Source: Octopus sinensis
Lineage: Eukaryota
Direction of reading: 5' to 3'
NCBI RefSeq assembly: GCF_006345805.1
Contig: NC_043013.1
Location: 31,310,001-31,374,000, forward strand
DNA length: 64,000 nucleotides
Shown here: positions 23,585 through 36,829 of the stretch, in pieces
Layout: each line of letters opens with the position of its first letter
Numbering within the stretch: position 1 is the first letter of the stretch
Notes under the pieces: model-generated
What the model was told of the DNA's origin: nothing
Database searches by the model: none
The model's input: only the letters and a program-made list of their open reading frames with translations
Translations under genes and position numbers: made by a program

Positions 23585-24889
23585 TGTCTCTTTCCAGCAT
23601 ATTGATATTTTTTCTCTCATTGTAACTCTCTTTCTTTTTATCTCTCTTTCTCTCTCTGTCTCTCTCACTCTTCTATGTACTTGCTCTTTTATTTCTGAAG
23701 CAAATTTTCTATCTCTGACAAACACATATACAAAAAAAAACTACTCCCTATCTCTTCTTTTCTACTTTACAAACATTCTACATGTTTCTATTTCGTAATA
23801 TGTAATCAGAGTGAGCCAAAAGTGGGTTTACAATTCTTAAACTATCTCTTTCGCATTCATATATTAACAGTTTAGATCTTAATTATTAAAAAAAAATGAA
23901 AACATTATTCTACACTAATTTAGTTAATTTTGTCAAGCTCCTTTTTTTCAGTTTGTAAGATAGAAATTTAAGTGTAATAAAATGCTTTAAAAGAAATTTG
24001 AAATAACTGTAAACCTAATTTTGGGCTACCCTGTATCTATTGTAGCACCAGCAGTCATCACTCGCGAGCGAGTATGACATAATAATATATACCGTAATTT
24101 TCCTAATTCTTTTAGGCAACTATGTATTGTGCGACCATATAATCACTCTTTCAGCTCATTCATACTTTACGCATCAGATCATCCCTAAGGTCACAGGTGG
24201 AAGGAGGAGGTTTATACAAACCCAGCTCTGATAGACATAAGGGTGAAATGGGCTAGGACAACGTAAAATAAAAAAAGAACCTGTTTAAAAGTAAAACTGG
24301 CTGCCATCTGCAGGAACTGAATATACGGCTTATAATACTAAGCTCAAGGTATTAGGTTTTGATTTTGCAGCTCTACAACAAAAATATCTTCTCGAATATT
24401 CCACGTAAATTTCAATATTTTATCTAACAGTAGCATACTAAGGAAATATTGTGGCGCTTTGCATATATGCGAATCACAATAGATTGATGTAAGCAAATGG
24501 ACATAATTCACACACATCTATTCCATTAAGGTGATATCTGCGTCTGAAAATGGCCCTAGCATTACACTTGAACAATGCACCACATAACTTGCGCCTATGC
24601 CAACTAAAATCATGAATGCTTCGCTCTCTAATATTTGGAAGTATGCTTCACTGGTTTCTACTCCCTATGGAAAGCAGACACTTCGACCTATTCCCGTAGC
24701 TTCTAACATATTTAGAGCCATTAATAATCATGCTTTCCATCCAACCCGACCTTCTCTCTCTCTTTCTCTTTCTCTCTCTCTCTCTTTGTCTCTCTCTTGC
24801 TGCTTAGTTTCTCACCATTCACGTTTTAGAGAAATTCGGAGAAAGCAATGCAATCGCTTATAAAATCTTCACACCTACGAGTACGAGGT

Positions 24890-25740
24890 CGGCAGCATCC
24901 AATCAGATCTCACAACTGGAGAATATGTTGACGGAGAGGAGATTTTTTCATTCTCTTCTCTATCAGCTTTGGCTTTCCCTAGGTTTGGTAACGATAAGAT
25001 CCTACAGCTGCCACCATGCAGTCTCTTTCATAACTACAACAATAATTTATTTGCTTCCTCATCCAACTACACTCACTCTAATGCGGATGCCGCAGCCCTT
25101 CATCTTACCTAGCGTTACCGTAAACATGCTCTATGGGAGGTGAACGTGAGGTCATCATCCCGATGGGAGATACCAACTTTGTCTTTTTAAACGACAGAAA
25201 AATCTAGCCCTTAACATGAAAAAACCCTCTACAGAACACCCTAATCTAATCATGCGAGACACTCGTAGGAATATACATAGGCGCACCAGAGGCTTGTCCT
25301 CTTATCACGGTGGGTCCCCTCTAATGAGAGCGTATCATTAACTTCGCACCTCTATCAACACCCAGAAGTTATTTCGACTTTGAACAGCTATTGGCTCCTC
25401 AGAGGATTTAAGTGAGAGCTACTGCTCTCTATTCCGGTAGTTTGCTTCTACACACAATGACATCCTTGACCTGAGAATGTCGGCAGGCTTGATAGATATT
25501 CCATCACTAACAGACACACTCTTAACTCTGACATAGGCTTTGTCTCATCTCTTTTTCTAACGTTAACAATATGGCCTCCGCACATCGGAGCTGGCTTGTG
25601 TCGTGCTTTCATCTTTCCCTCACCCAAACACCCTCGTATCTCCAGCTTTCGACAACTCGATGTGGCCCTTCTTTCTTTTCTCGTACTAACCACTATGCTC
25701 AATCCCCAGAACATAATACCTCCGAATATTCTTCCCGGAT
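24890..25740 (+). pseudogene. Possible decayed L1/Tx1-type APE endonuclease remnant
   Basis: Scattered motifs in different frames (IIPMGDTNF, GRLDRYSIT, FRQLDVALL) in an order compatible with an APE domain; many stops. Confidence 0.3.
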
Positions 25741-25746
25741 AAAGTC

Positions 25747-27056
25747 CAGGGTGGCGCATGAAATGGTAGCCCGGGTTCGGCTGTACATAGAGAGATAAAT
25801 TCGCACGCACGAAAAACCAGTCAACTTCTCATTTGCAAGTGTCGTTGCGCTTTCACGACCACTTGTAACTGCTGAACAAAGATGGCGCGCTGTTCGATTG
25901 TTTGCTGCCTTATCCTTACCGCATCCTCACCATATTAATTGATTGAGTGAATATCTCTAGTCTTTTCTGGAAGATGATGTAACCAATAGAGAGAACAGTG
26001 GAGTTTATGGAAGCCTGTGTGAGAGCGGGTTCTCTTAAGCAAACGCGTATTTATTTTGAAGTGAAATTTCTGAGTAAATGCTTAATGGCAAAGAGAAGGA
26101 TACAAATATTGGTTAAGAAGTGGAGTAATACAAGATCGGAGCACAGTGTTATAAAACAAAGAGACATTACAGTCGAACTCCGGGAGTTATTCAGGACATT
26201 TGCCAAAGATTATACGAGTCTAAAGAAGTCAGTATGTAAATTGGCGCAGCAGTCTCACAAGATGTCATGCTGAAAAGTCTAAAATTGAAATCATATCAAT
26301 TTCACAACTGTACAGCAAAACTAGATAACGAGAGCAAACTGATAAATTACTGCACATGACTTCTGAATGGTTTTGTTGATGGTGAGCTACACCCATTACA
26401 GTACATAATGAGTGAGGTGTCATGATGGCATCTCCTCGGAGAAGCAGATTCACAAAACACACAGTACTGGGTGGTGCAAAATCCACATCCTTTGAATGAG
26501 TAACCACAACACAATAAAAAAATCTTTGTTTGATGTGCTGTTTCAGGAGCACATATTATGGTATTGATGTGTTTTGACAAGTCCTGTTAACACCGAAGTC
26601 TACATGAACATTATGGACCAATTTTGTGCTAAACTCATTGATGATGGAGGACAGAGGTACTTCTTCTAGCCAGAAGAGCTACTTTACCGCACTTCTCTAG
26701 TGTCATACAGCATGAGGAACGCACAGCCAGCAAATATATGTAGCCGCCAGGTACACCTGCTATTCAGCAGTTATTTATTGTGTCTGTGGATACTTGTAGA
26801 GCATCATGTATGAAAATAACCTTCACAGAATATAGGAACTGAACGACCATACTTCACACGTGGTTGCTCCCATTGATATCACTGATTTATTCCATGTGTA
26901 ATTCAACATAGTTAGATGTACACCGCTATGTACTCATGTCGTAGGAAACCATTTCAAAATCATTTATAACGATGAGTCCTTTCCGGTACTTGTTACTTTA
27001 TCTCTTTATTCCCACTACGCTACGGACCTCGGGATACTTTTTCGCGCGCCACTCTG
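25747..27056 (+). mobile_element. Tc1/mariner DNA transposon, full length, decayed (rosa/DD41D-like)
   Basis: TIRs cagggtggcgcatgaaatggtagcccg / cgggatactttttcgcgcgccactctg followed by TA. Transposase remnants KRRIQILVKKW, DSQNTQYWV..NPH, VNTEVYMN, and a C-terminal ...GNHFQNHL-like segment. Confidence 0.8.
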
Positions 27057-27991
27057 TATTTCTTACAAGTGTTAACATTCTAAATGGACCATTAACGACA
27101 TCAATCATAACAATTTAGTAATGTAAGTAATATCATGCTCCTTCCTCCAGAAGCGAATCGTTTTTCAATATACGTTCAATATTTAAGAATATTTTGACCC
27201 ATATTCTTTGATTGCCTACATCAGTTATTCAATTTGTAAGAGGTAAAATGCGTTACGTCAACATATGTCTCTTGAGTTCATTTAAAGAGAGAATTACATG
27301 TTCGTCTAACCAGAAATCTAAACCACTTTCATAGAAAGCTGGAACACTTGAAGATTAATGGCTATTACGAATAGTATTCAGTGGAGTGAACTGATCGTAA
27401 GCTTAACTGCTACTTAATCTATTGATGCAAGATATGTGTTAGGAAAATGCGAGATTGTACATAAAAGCAACGAGCAAATTCACATAAGTGAAAACAAAAT
27501 ATTCAATGAGTAATACTTGACAACCATAAAAACATAGCAAAGAAGATACTGATCAATAATGATGATAATAACAATCCTTTTTACTAAAGACGCAAGGCCT
27601 GTGATTTGGGGTGAGACGACTAGCAGATTACGTCAAACCCAGCGTTTCAGTGTTTCTTAATAATGCCTTCAATATTTACCGAAACTGATCAGCAATTTTA
27701 AGTGGAAGGAGATTAATCGAATATATTAACCCATTTATTTGACTGCTGTTATATTTTACTGAACTCAGACGGATGAAAGTTAAAGGTAACCTCGGCGGGA
27801 TTGGAGAACTGAACTCAAATAATCTAGATAAAGACACCGAATTATTTTGTCCAGCGCTCTGACAATTCGACCAACAAATAACCCTCCATAATGATAATAA
27901 TAATAATTATATTAATAACAATAATAATAATGATGATGATGATGGTGATCATGATGATGATGATGATGATGATGTTGATGATGATGATGAA

Positions 27992-28029
<38 letters not shown>

Positions 28030-28030
<1 letters not shown>

Positions 28031-28389
28031 CCTATTCACTAAAAGCACAAGGTTTGAAATTTAAGGGAGGAGACTTGTCGATCACATGGACCCCAGTGTT
28101 TCACTGGTACTTAATTTATCGACCTCGAAAGGATGAAAGGCAAAGTCGACCTTGACAGAATGTGAACGTAACAACATACCAAATATCGCTAAGCATTTCG
28201 CCCGCTGTGCTAAAGATTCTGCCAGTTTGCCACTTTATGAAGGTTTCGGATATTTCCACAAGGAGATGAAAGGTAAAATCGACATCGGCCGAATGCGTAA
28301 TAAGAAAGCAGCGACAGGCGAAATACCAATAAGTATTTCGTCATGCTCGGTAACGATTCTGCCAACTCACCAACTTTATAATAATAATG

Positions 28390-28471
<82 letters not shown>

Positions 28472-28690
28472 TAATAATAATAATATTCCTTCTACTGGAG
28501 GCACAAGGCATTAAATTTCTGGGGAGGGGACAAGTCGATTGCATGGACACCTGTGTTTCACTGGTACTCAATTTATCAACCCCGAAATGATAAAAAGAAA
28601 ACGTCGACCTCGACTGAATTTGAACTCAGATCGTAGCGACGGGCGAAATACCGCTAAGCATTTCGTCCAGAAAATTCTAACTGACCGTAC
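28030..28690 (-). mobile_element. Cluster of three SINE family 1 copies (older tail type) separated by (AAT)n
   Basis: Repeated gatgaaaggcaaagtcgacc / gaaataccgctaagcatttcg motifs at ~28030-28235, 28237-28378 and 28486-28690. Confidence 0.85.
28378..28486. repeat. (AAT)n microsatellite (others at ~22350-22410, 38160-38210, 38550-38620, 39245-39401; (GAT)n at ~27930-28030, 38620-38710)
   Basis: Directly visible. Confidence 0.98.
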
Positions 28691-28838
28691 CTGCCAGGTC
28701 ATGAGGTGTTTATTTTGATATAATATAACCATTTCGCGCACAAATGATTGTGATACGTGCATCCGCTGTACCCCTATTAGACGGGCAGTTATGATAGGTA
28801 CATTAGGCGGGACGGTCTGCACAAACTATAGAAAATTT

Positions 28839-29380
28839 TATTAGGTTGTTCGGAAAGTTCCAAGGCTTTTGTTTAATATACAAAATGGGATATAAATATT
28901 TGATCTTTCAAAACATTTTATTCAATGAAATAATGGAGGTACCACAGACCCGATTGCAAAAGTTTGGAATTTCGTGATCAAGTCTCTTCCTAAAATCCTG
29001 TAAATCTGCAATGAAGCGCTCTTTTTGACCCGCTGCCCAGAGGGAGCCATATAGATATATATTATCTCTTTGCTCTCGGGAAAAGGGAATCATCATGACC
29101 TTCCCGCTGGATTTGTTTTAGCTGGCCTCTTGTGCCAGCCAAAAACGTATACGACTCAAAGTAATTCATAAGCAGTTTGGAGCTTAGCAGTTTTTGCGTA
29201 GTTTAACACAAAAATGTATTGCATAGTGAGCTTCCACCTTGTTTTCAAGTCCCCACTGCATTCTGCAAGACTAGTGGTCTGTAACAAGTAGTGTTTTATA
29301 GGGAGTGTCCAAAACCTTGTTAGAGCCGTCTCTTTCAATGCGAAATAACATAGGCCAGCATGACGGTGTATTAGATATAC
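28839..29380 (-). mobile_element. Mariner-like remnant
   Basis: tattaggttgttcggaaagttcc resembles a mariner TIR end. The adjacent sequence is a heavily decayed possible transposase C-terminus. Confidence 0.35.
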
Positions 29381-29579
29381 AGTAATGATATACTGGAATT
29401 ATTATAATCTAGTACTGTTAAAATTGCCCACCCTTCAACAGCCTGAATTCTTCTGGAAGGAAGATTGTATCATTTGCAACAAACCATAAATGGTTCAGAA
29501 AGGCATTTAACATTAGAATGCCAGATTTTTAAAAATTCCATATTTTGTTGCAAGTCTGTTTTAATATATCTCAGAATTA

Positions 29580-29790
29580 AGGCGATCAGCTGACACAATT
29601 GTTTAGACGCCGGGGAAAATGCTTAGCGGTATTACGTCCGTCTTCACGTTATTACTTCCGACGTCGACTTTGGCTTTTATCTTTTTGGACTCGAAAAAGT
29701 AACCACCAGTTGAGCACTTGGAGCGATGTAATCTACTTATCCCCTCCCCTTAAATTGCTGACATTGTGCCAAAATTTGAAATCAATATAT
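29580..29790 (+). mobile_element. SINE family 1, degenerate
   Basis: gacgccggggaaaatgcttagcggtattacgtc...gtcgactttggc...cccctccccttaaatt. Confidence 0.75.
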
Positions 29791-32052
29791 CTGAAAATTG
29801 TCTTTGTTATTTTGTGGGTTATGTATGTATGTATGTGTGTATATATGTATGTATGTACGTATGTATGTATGTATGTATGTATGTATGTATGTATGTATGT
29901 ATGTATGTATGTATATATTTGGCATTTCACAAAAACTTCAGGCAACCTTGATTGCTAGGGATTGTTACTAGGCATGTTCACACAACTGTGACAGCTTTAA
30001 CTAATGGCACAAAATATATTGTCCCCATTGACATTAAAGAACTGAGGTAGCAGAGAAGTTACAAAACATTTTAAACCTAATTACGTGATCAGTTTCGACC
30101 AATCAAAACGTATTCAAAAGAGACTCAAATTTGAGCCATATTCTCTCTTTAAAGCAAGACAATAAATTTTATCCGATCAGAAGCTAGACAGTTGCATTAT
30201 AGCACCATATCTCTATATCTGAACTTTGGAAAATCAGAGAAATGTATGTGGCCAGTTAAGATTTTGGAAATTTAAAAATAAAATTCTAAACAAATCCCGG
30301 TGGATTTTCAATTAATTTTTTCTATATTTCTAACTGCGGGGAATATACATCACATCTGGTGAAACCTACAGAATGTATGTATGCGATACATGTAACTATA
30401 TATTATCAGAATAAACATATTGGGTTTGGGTACTATTCGAGATAAGAATTTTTGGAACAGTTATCGGAGAAAATCCACAAGCAATAGATTCCTTGAAAGA
30501 GTACTAATCACAACAATATATGTTAAACTTAAGTGGGATGTTCAATTACTGTAACTTATAGTTATGGATACGAATCTCACCATATCAATGGTAATTAAAT
30601 CGGTGTATCATATTTGGAATGCCTTGTATACTGTCGTGAATAAATTTGTGAAATGTGGAGCGATTTCAATGTATCTCATTCATAAAGTAGAGGAGTTATC
30701 AGTTTCACTATTTCTTACTGATATCTGATTAAGAGTGAAATATTTCCCTGAAGCATGTTGAAGTTAATAAACCAGCCAAGACGATCGGGTGAGCAAAATA
30801 TCCGTTTATGAATACTTTAAATTGCAAAAGTTCAGTTGTTTTTTCCCATATTAAAAAGTAATAAAATGCGTTCTGGAGACCCGTTTCGTTGCACTGATTT
30901 CTCAGAAACTATTCCGCAGTGAACTATTAATTGTTTCGTTGAACCATGAATTATTTGCCGGCATTAATATGTACGCTAGGAAAGTGCTCATATCTATATT
31001 TCATAAAGGTGTGGATTATCAATGTTGACTAGTAATTTTGAATATATTTCCTGCTCTATTAGTGTTGCCTATAAAATTCATATCATACCGCATTTCGGTA
31101 TTATAATCTTTATTTCCAAGTTTAAATCAAAAATGATATATGAAATTGCTTATATATAATTACATATAAGAGTGTGTGCATGTGTGTGTGTACGTCCGCA
31201 CGTACGTGTGTGTATCTGTGCATATGTGTGTGTGTATGTGTGGGAATATAAATTTGATGTTATAAAGTATTCTGCCAAACAACCGTCTGCACTTAAAATA
31301 ATCGTTTCAAATTTAGGCACATTGCTAGCAATATATATGTACACACACACACACATACACTAAACTTTTTCTCGATCTATAACCAGCCACCCGCTTTATG
31401 CCTCCTTCTTTATTATGAGGCATCTTTTGCGGATTATATTTGGTTGAACTCATTTGATAAATACATGCATAGATGTGTCTATACGCGAATGTGTGTCCTG
31501 TGGCGTATGTGTGTGCTTGTGTGAGTACCAGTGAATTTATCATCTGACACTTCACATTATAAAAGGCATTAGTAAGTTTTATACGTCAAGACTTTTAGTA
31601 TGAAGCATTTTAGCTCGCCTATAAAGAGAAAAATGAACTATATTCTTTGCAGAAATTAACCTATCAGTTATTTTCCGCATTTTTTTGTGCATCGAAATTA
31701 TATTTTGCAAATCATATTAAGACACATAAATAAAAATAAAATACATACCGTTTCATATTATGCATAACTGAGTATCACTAAAACCTAATATCTAACATAC
31801 AGCAAAATCATTCTCTTAAGTTAGTTCTCTTTTATTTGTGGAAAATGAATGTCTAACGTACACGATATTGTCCACTTTATGAGGTAAAACGTCGTGGTAA
31901 AATATACACCGCTCTCTCCCTCTTTCTTTTTCTCCCTGTATATAGACGTACATATCCATGCCTATACAGGGGGAGAATTCACAAAAAAAAGACGAAGGCA
32001 GGTGGTGTAGACTAACAGATGTATTAGTATATCGTTCGGGAAATGAAAACAT

Positions 32053-32088
32053 CTTTAACGTTTCGAGTCTACGCTCTTCCACAGAAAG
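32053..32088 (-). ncRNA. Degenerate minimal hammerhead-like motif in a short repeat (~31975-32160)
   Basis: CUUU-CUGUGGA-A-GAG..CUC-GAAAC-GUU-AAAG; stem I is perfect but core A6 is substituted. Confidence 0.45.
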
Positions 32089-32455
32089 GAACACAGCAAG
32101 AAACAAGGAGAGAAAATACAGAACGTGTAGTGGCTAGCGATCTATCATGGCAAATAATATGTATATACATGTGTGTGTGTGTGTATGTGTGCGCGCGCGT
32201 GTGTGTGTATATATGCATGCAAAAGTATATGATGAGTTGCTGGGGACTTCCGTTACATATATAAATATATGTAGATATATAAACATACATATGCATATGT
32301 ATATATATATATTATATATATATATAATATATATATACATATATATACATATATATGTAAAGGAGGTCCTCAACAACGCATCATATACTTTTACATGCAT
32401 ATATATATATGTATATGTATATATATATATATTTATGTATGTATATGTATGTATA

Positions 32456-32570
<115 letters not shown>

Positions 32571-32969
32571 ATAAATATTTCTACTTGCGTATGTATCTAT
32601 GCACGTATACATTAATGTGCATTCACACACGCTCTGCAATGTGTAATAAGGTGTATAGCTAACTGGTGAGACTAAATAAAATCGGCCTCGTCCACCAGCA
32701 TGGGCCTAATAACAAAAATGAAGGAAAATAATGAATGACCAGTGGAAATCGCATCATAGCCTATTACTCGTTCTCTACATACCTGAGGAGAGAGTTTCAT
32801 TGCTTGGAGTTATGTAAATCTAGTAAATTATCATAGTCTTAACTTCGACCAAATGTGTTCTCTACTACGTATTTTCTTTCGTGTCGAACATATATATATA
32901 TATACATATATATATATGTATGTGTGTACCAGTGCATGCATGCGTGTGTGCGTGTGTGTGTGTAAAAAT

Positions 32970-33140
32970 TAAAGATACGCCTCGAGCCATTGGTTCCTCA
33001 GGTCGATTCCCCAGATTCTGTAGCATGTGAAATGAACATTTTTTGTTGAAGAACACAGTGAGTCTTCTGGACGCGGAATCGAAATCATGACCTTACAATC
33101 ATTAGTGCAACACCGTAATGAGTAAACCACGCGTCTCCAC
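32970..33140 (-). mobile_element. SINE family 3, degenerate
   Basis: ggaatcgaaatcatgacc...aaccacgcgtctccac head in reverse. Confidence 0.55.
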
Positions 33141-33349
33141 GCACACACACAAAAATACACACGACACATATTCTCAAATATATACATATATATATACAGT
33201 TCAAATTTATACGATAACAAAAGAAGACAGGTAAAGGAACCTCAAGCAAGTGTATAAGTTCGACGCTCGGAACAAATGGAAAAGTCTATTATATATACAT
33301 ATGTAGGTACACACGCATACGCACACACATACATACATGCATATATTCA

Positions 33350-33354
33350 GATAA

Positions 33355-33433
<79 letters not shown>

Positions 33434-33460
33434 TAGATAGATAGATAGATAGATAGATCT
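33350..33460. repeat. (AGAT)n microsatellite; (ATAC)n/(ATGT)n tracts at ~22545-22660, 29820-29915, 55620-55710
   Basis: Directly visible. Confidence 0.97.
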
Positions 33461-33706
33461 GTCGCATATAATACTTGAAGAAACTAACTAGCCGATCGGG
33501 AGAATCTAATATTGTTTAATTTAATTTGAGGCAAAGAATAATATTTTTAGATATTTGTGAAGGCAGCATTGCATTATCTGTATCTATAATGCAGGTGTTG
33601 GTGAGTTATATCACACCTGTCTCAATTCCATTTTCTGCTGAACTCGAAAGCTTGTTACTATAATGGACTTACTGTGCAGAGTGATCTTCATGCAGAAGTC
33701 ATATCT

Positions 33707-34102
33707 ATTACTTAATTGCCCACAAGGGGGCTAAACATAGAGGAGTCAAACAAGGACAGACAATGGGATTAAGTCGATTACAAAATCGCCAGTGCGTAAC
33801 TGGTACTTCTTGAATCGACCCTGAAAGGATGACAGGCAAAGTCGAACTCGGCGGAATTTGAACTCAGAACGTAGCGACAGACGAAATACCTATTTCTTTA
33901 CTACCCACAAGGGATTAAACACAGAGAGGAGAAACAAGGACAACGACGCCAGTGCGTAAGTGGTACTTAATTTATCGACCCAGAAAGGATGAAAGGCAAA
34001 GTCGACCTCGGCAGAATTTGAACTCAGAACGTAACGGCAGATGAAATACCGCTATGCATTTCGCCCGGCGTGCTAATGTTTCTGCCATTTCGCCGCCTTA
34101 TT
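33707..34102 (-). mobile_element. SINE family 1 tandem/dimer with a single 14-bp TSD
   Basis: cagaagtcatatct at 33693-33706 and 34103-34116. The internal junction gacgaaatac|ctatttcttta is at 33889/33890. Confidence 0.9.
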
Positions 34103-35015
34103 CAGAAGTCATATCTGATGACTCAGAATAATCATCGAAATACTAATGCTTTTCATGAGAAGAAGAGAAAATTTGTGGAGTGGTTTGCATTAGCGTATCA
34201 TCTGCAAGTCACATGACGTGAATTCAATTGATATAAAACTCATTTGTTATTCTTACTATCTTAGATCTCTTTTTTATTAAGAAATAAGATGGCTAATATT
34301 ATCTGTAAATAGGTGCAAATCGCAGATAAAACTATTTCTAATTGCTACTTTTCCAACGCCATTAGCATGAGTATAGACACTTCTTTCAAATGGATGTTTA
34401 AAAAATAATGGCCATTTGTACCGATTAAAAATTCACTTCTTTATCTCTAACAGACATCACGACAATACCTTCTTAAATTTCCTAGATAGTAACCAATTGC
34501 TTAAGCGATATAGTGCCAAAATAAACATCTATTCTTACTTATATATATGTGGTCCTTTACAGTTTGCGTTTATGCTTCATTATTGATCCGTCGAGTTCAA
34601 AAGAACAAGTACCGATTTATTCATTTGTCTTTACTACATAATTTAACAAATTTAGAAATCGATATGAATACGTCTGCCCAAAAATCCATTTTAGAAATCA
34701 ATCTCATCATATTCATAAATTATTTATGGGCATACTTCCGTTAAGTGTTATTCGGATATCTTACACCGAGTTTATTCATTGACATAAATGTAGCTGGTTT
34801 AATGCTATCGCTGAGAGAGTTTATCGTCTGAATTGCATGGTGTTTGTGGCCTGGAGATCTTTGATTCTCACTTCTAATTATGTCCTTGCCAAATTAGATA
34901 TGCACTTCAGAATTCTTTTAGACGAAATCTATAGAGGATATTTGATTCAGGCATACACACGCGCGCACATGTATGTATATAAATGCGTGTATATGTATAT
35001 ACATACATACATACA

Positions 35016-35051
<36 letters not shown>

Positions 35052-35083
35052 TATATCGAGAGAGAGAGAGAGAGAGAGTGAGA

Positions 35084-35142
<59 letters not shown>

Positions 35143-35788
35143 TTATATATATAATGAAATAGCAAATGCAGAATGTATTTAGTTTATTTTCTGGTTGATA
35201 AATCATTGAATACGGTTGTAATGTCTGACCTATAGCCTAGATCCTTTCATTCACTTACTGTGTCGACAGCTAACTGACAGGATCAGTGTGAAGAGACATG
35301 GAAAATCGAACAAAGATCAGTGATATCGATGCCGACGTCAAAAACAGCAATCGCATTAAGGAAAGCAAGGTCGGCAAATCCTAGCAGACCAACAGCAAGA
35401 GCTAAGGTGAAATATATTAGCTCATTAGTAGCTGCAGTAGATACAACATAAGGAGTGAGAAATAAGGAAACGCAGATGAATATCGGTGAGAATATTCACG
35501 TCAATAAAAGTACCAATAACTTATCGATCTCTTGAGATACCAATAGAAACATTCTCGTAGTTATTTCGCGTAGTATGGATTAACAATAGATTTCAGTATG
35601 CCGATTTCAGTATATTATCGTAGAATGAGGACATTACAAACATGAATCAGCATTTTAATCTGAAGTGTTCGAACGGCGCAATTCTGGCAGTCGGATAAAC
35701 GGAAGAAATTTAGGCAGAGGTTACGTAAAAAAGACTGTGCGTAATATTTAAAATATACTTCATGCACAAGTATCTGTGTGTGTGTGTA

Positions 35789-35846
<58 letters not shown>

Positions 35847-35850
35847 ATAT

Positions 35851-35905
35851 GGCGGTGCCCCAGCATGGCCACAGCTCGTGAGCTGAAACTAGAATCAATC
35901 AATCA

Positions 35906-35909
<4 letters not shown>
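35851..35909 (+). mobile_element. Isolated CR1-type 3' terminus with (AATC)n tail within (AT)n
   Basis: ggcggtgccccagcatggccacagctcgtgagctgaaactag followed by aatcaatcaatc. Confidence 0.8.
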
Positions 35910-35941
<32 letters not shown>

Positions 35942-36040
35942 TAATCCAAACACGAAAACACAAAGAGATAACACAACAAGACGAGGACATGGAACAAGTA
36001 TAGTGTTATTGGACGCTCAGAAAAGGAAAGAAAGAAGGAG

Positions 36041-36077
36041 GATCTAACGTTTCGAGCGGAGCTCTTCGTCAGAAACA
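36041..36077 (-). ncRNA. Minimal type I hammerhead ribozyme motif in a short repeat (~35936-36165)
   Basis: UGUUU-CUGACGA-A-GAGC(UCC)GCUC-GAAAC-GUU-AGAUC; core intact, G10.1-C11.1 closure, palindromic AACGUU helix III. Confidence 0.7.
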
Positions 36078-36204
36078 TAGAAAAAGGAAAGATCCTAGGA
36101 AGGGAAGACGGAGGAAAAATCGTCAACGATACACACGGGGTCACATATACAGACATATATAAAGTGAGAGATAATGGATAAAGGGAGATATTATTTTCTG
36201 TGTC

Positions 36205-36492
36205 GTTTCAGCTCAGAGCTGTGGCCATGCTGCAGCGCCGCCGATTTGTTACACTGATATTCCTAAGAGCCTTCTCTATTATATGGCACTTGGTGAAGAA
36301 TGGAGTTTGATGTAATAAACCTCATTTGCACCTTTTACCGTGAGATGGATTTATCTGGGACTGTCAACAGGAAGAGGTCCACCCTTGATTTAAAAACGCC
36401 TACATCAATTTTGTGCAGGTTACTCAGGCTCTTTGGGAGACTATAAAAAATCTGTGACCTTCTGAAACCCAGGGTATTGCAGTAACTAGTCC
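36205..36492 (-). mobile_element. 3' fragment of CR1-type LINE
   Basis: Aligns to 17900-18190. It translates as [37 protein letters not shown] versus NSLGFKGPQLFNILPKSLRNLHKVDVAVFKSKLDIFL. Confidence 0.9.
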
Positions 36493-36505
36493 TGAATATA
36501 TATAT

Positions 36506-36553
<48 letters not shown>

Positions 36554-36575
36554 GTGTGTGTGTGTGTGTGCGTGC

Positions 36576-36638
<63 letters not shown>

Positions 36639-36829
36639 CATATACATGTATATATGCGTATATATATGTATGTATGTATATAATCACGACTTGACACAAT
36701 AAAACTAAATCCACCCTGAGACTTCTGTGTAAGACGTAGATTGACTACTGCATGTATATCACGTCTGTTTTTTTTTCTGTAAACAGATTTATCTCCCGGT
36801 ACCTCCCAGCACAATCGATATTGATGGGA

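Noticed and set aside
30030-31130. Possible MITE/DNA-transposon-like block with weak internal repeats
   Set aside because: TIRs, TSDs and coding remnants could not be identified by eye.
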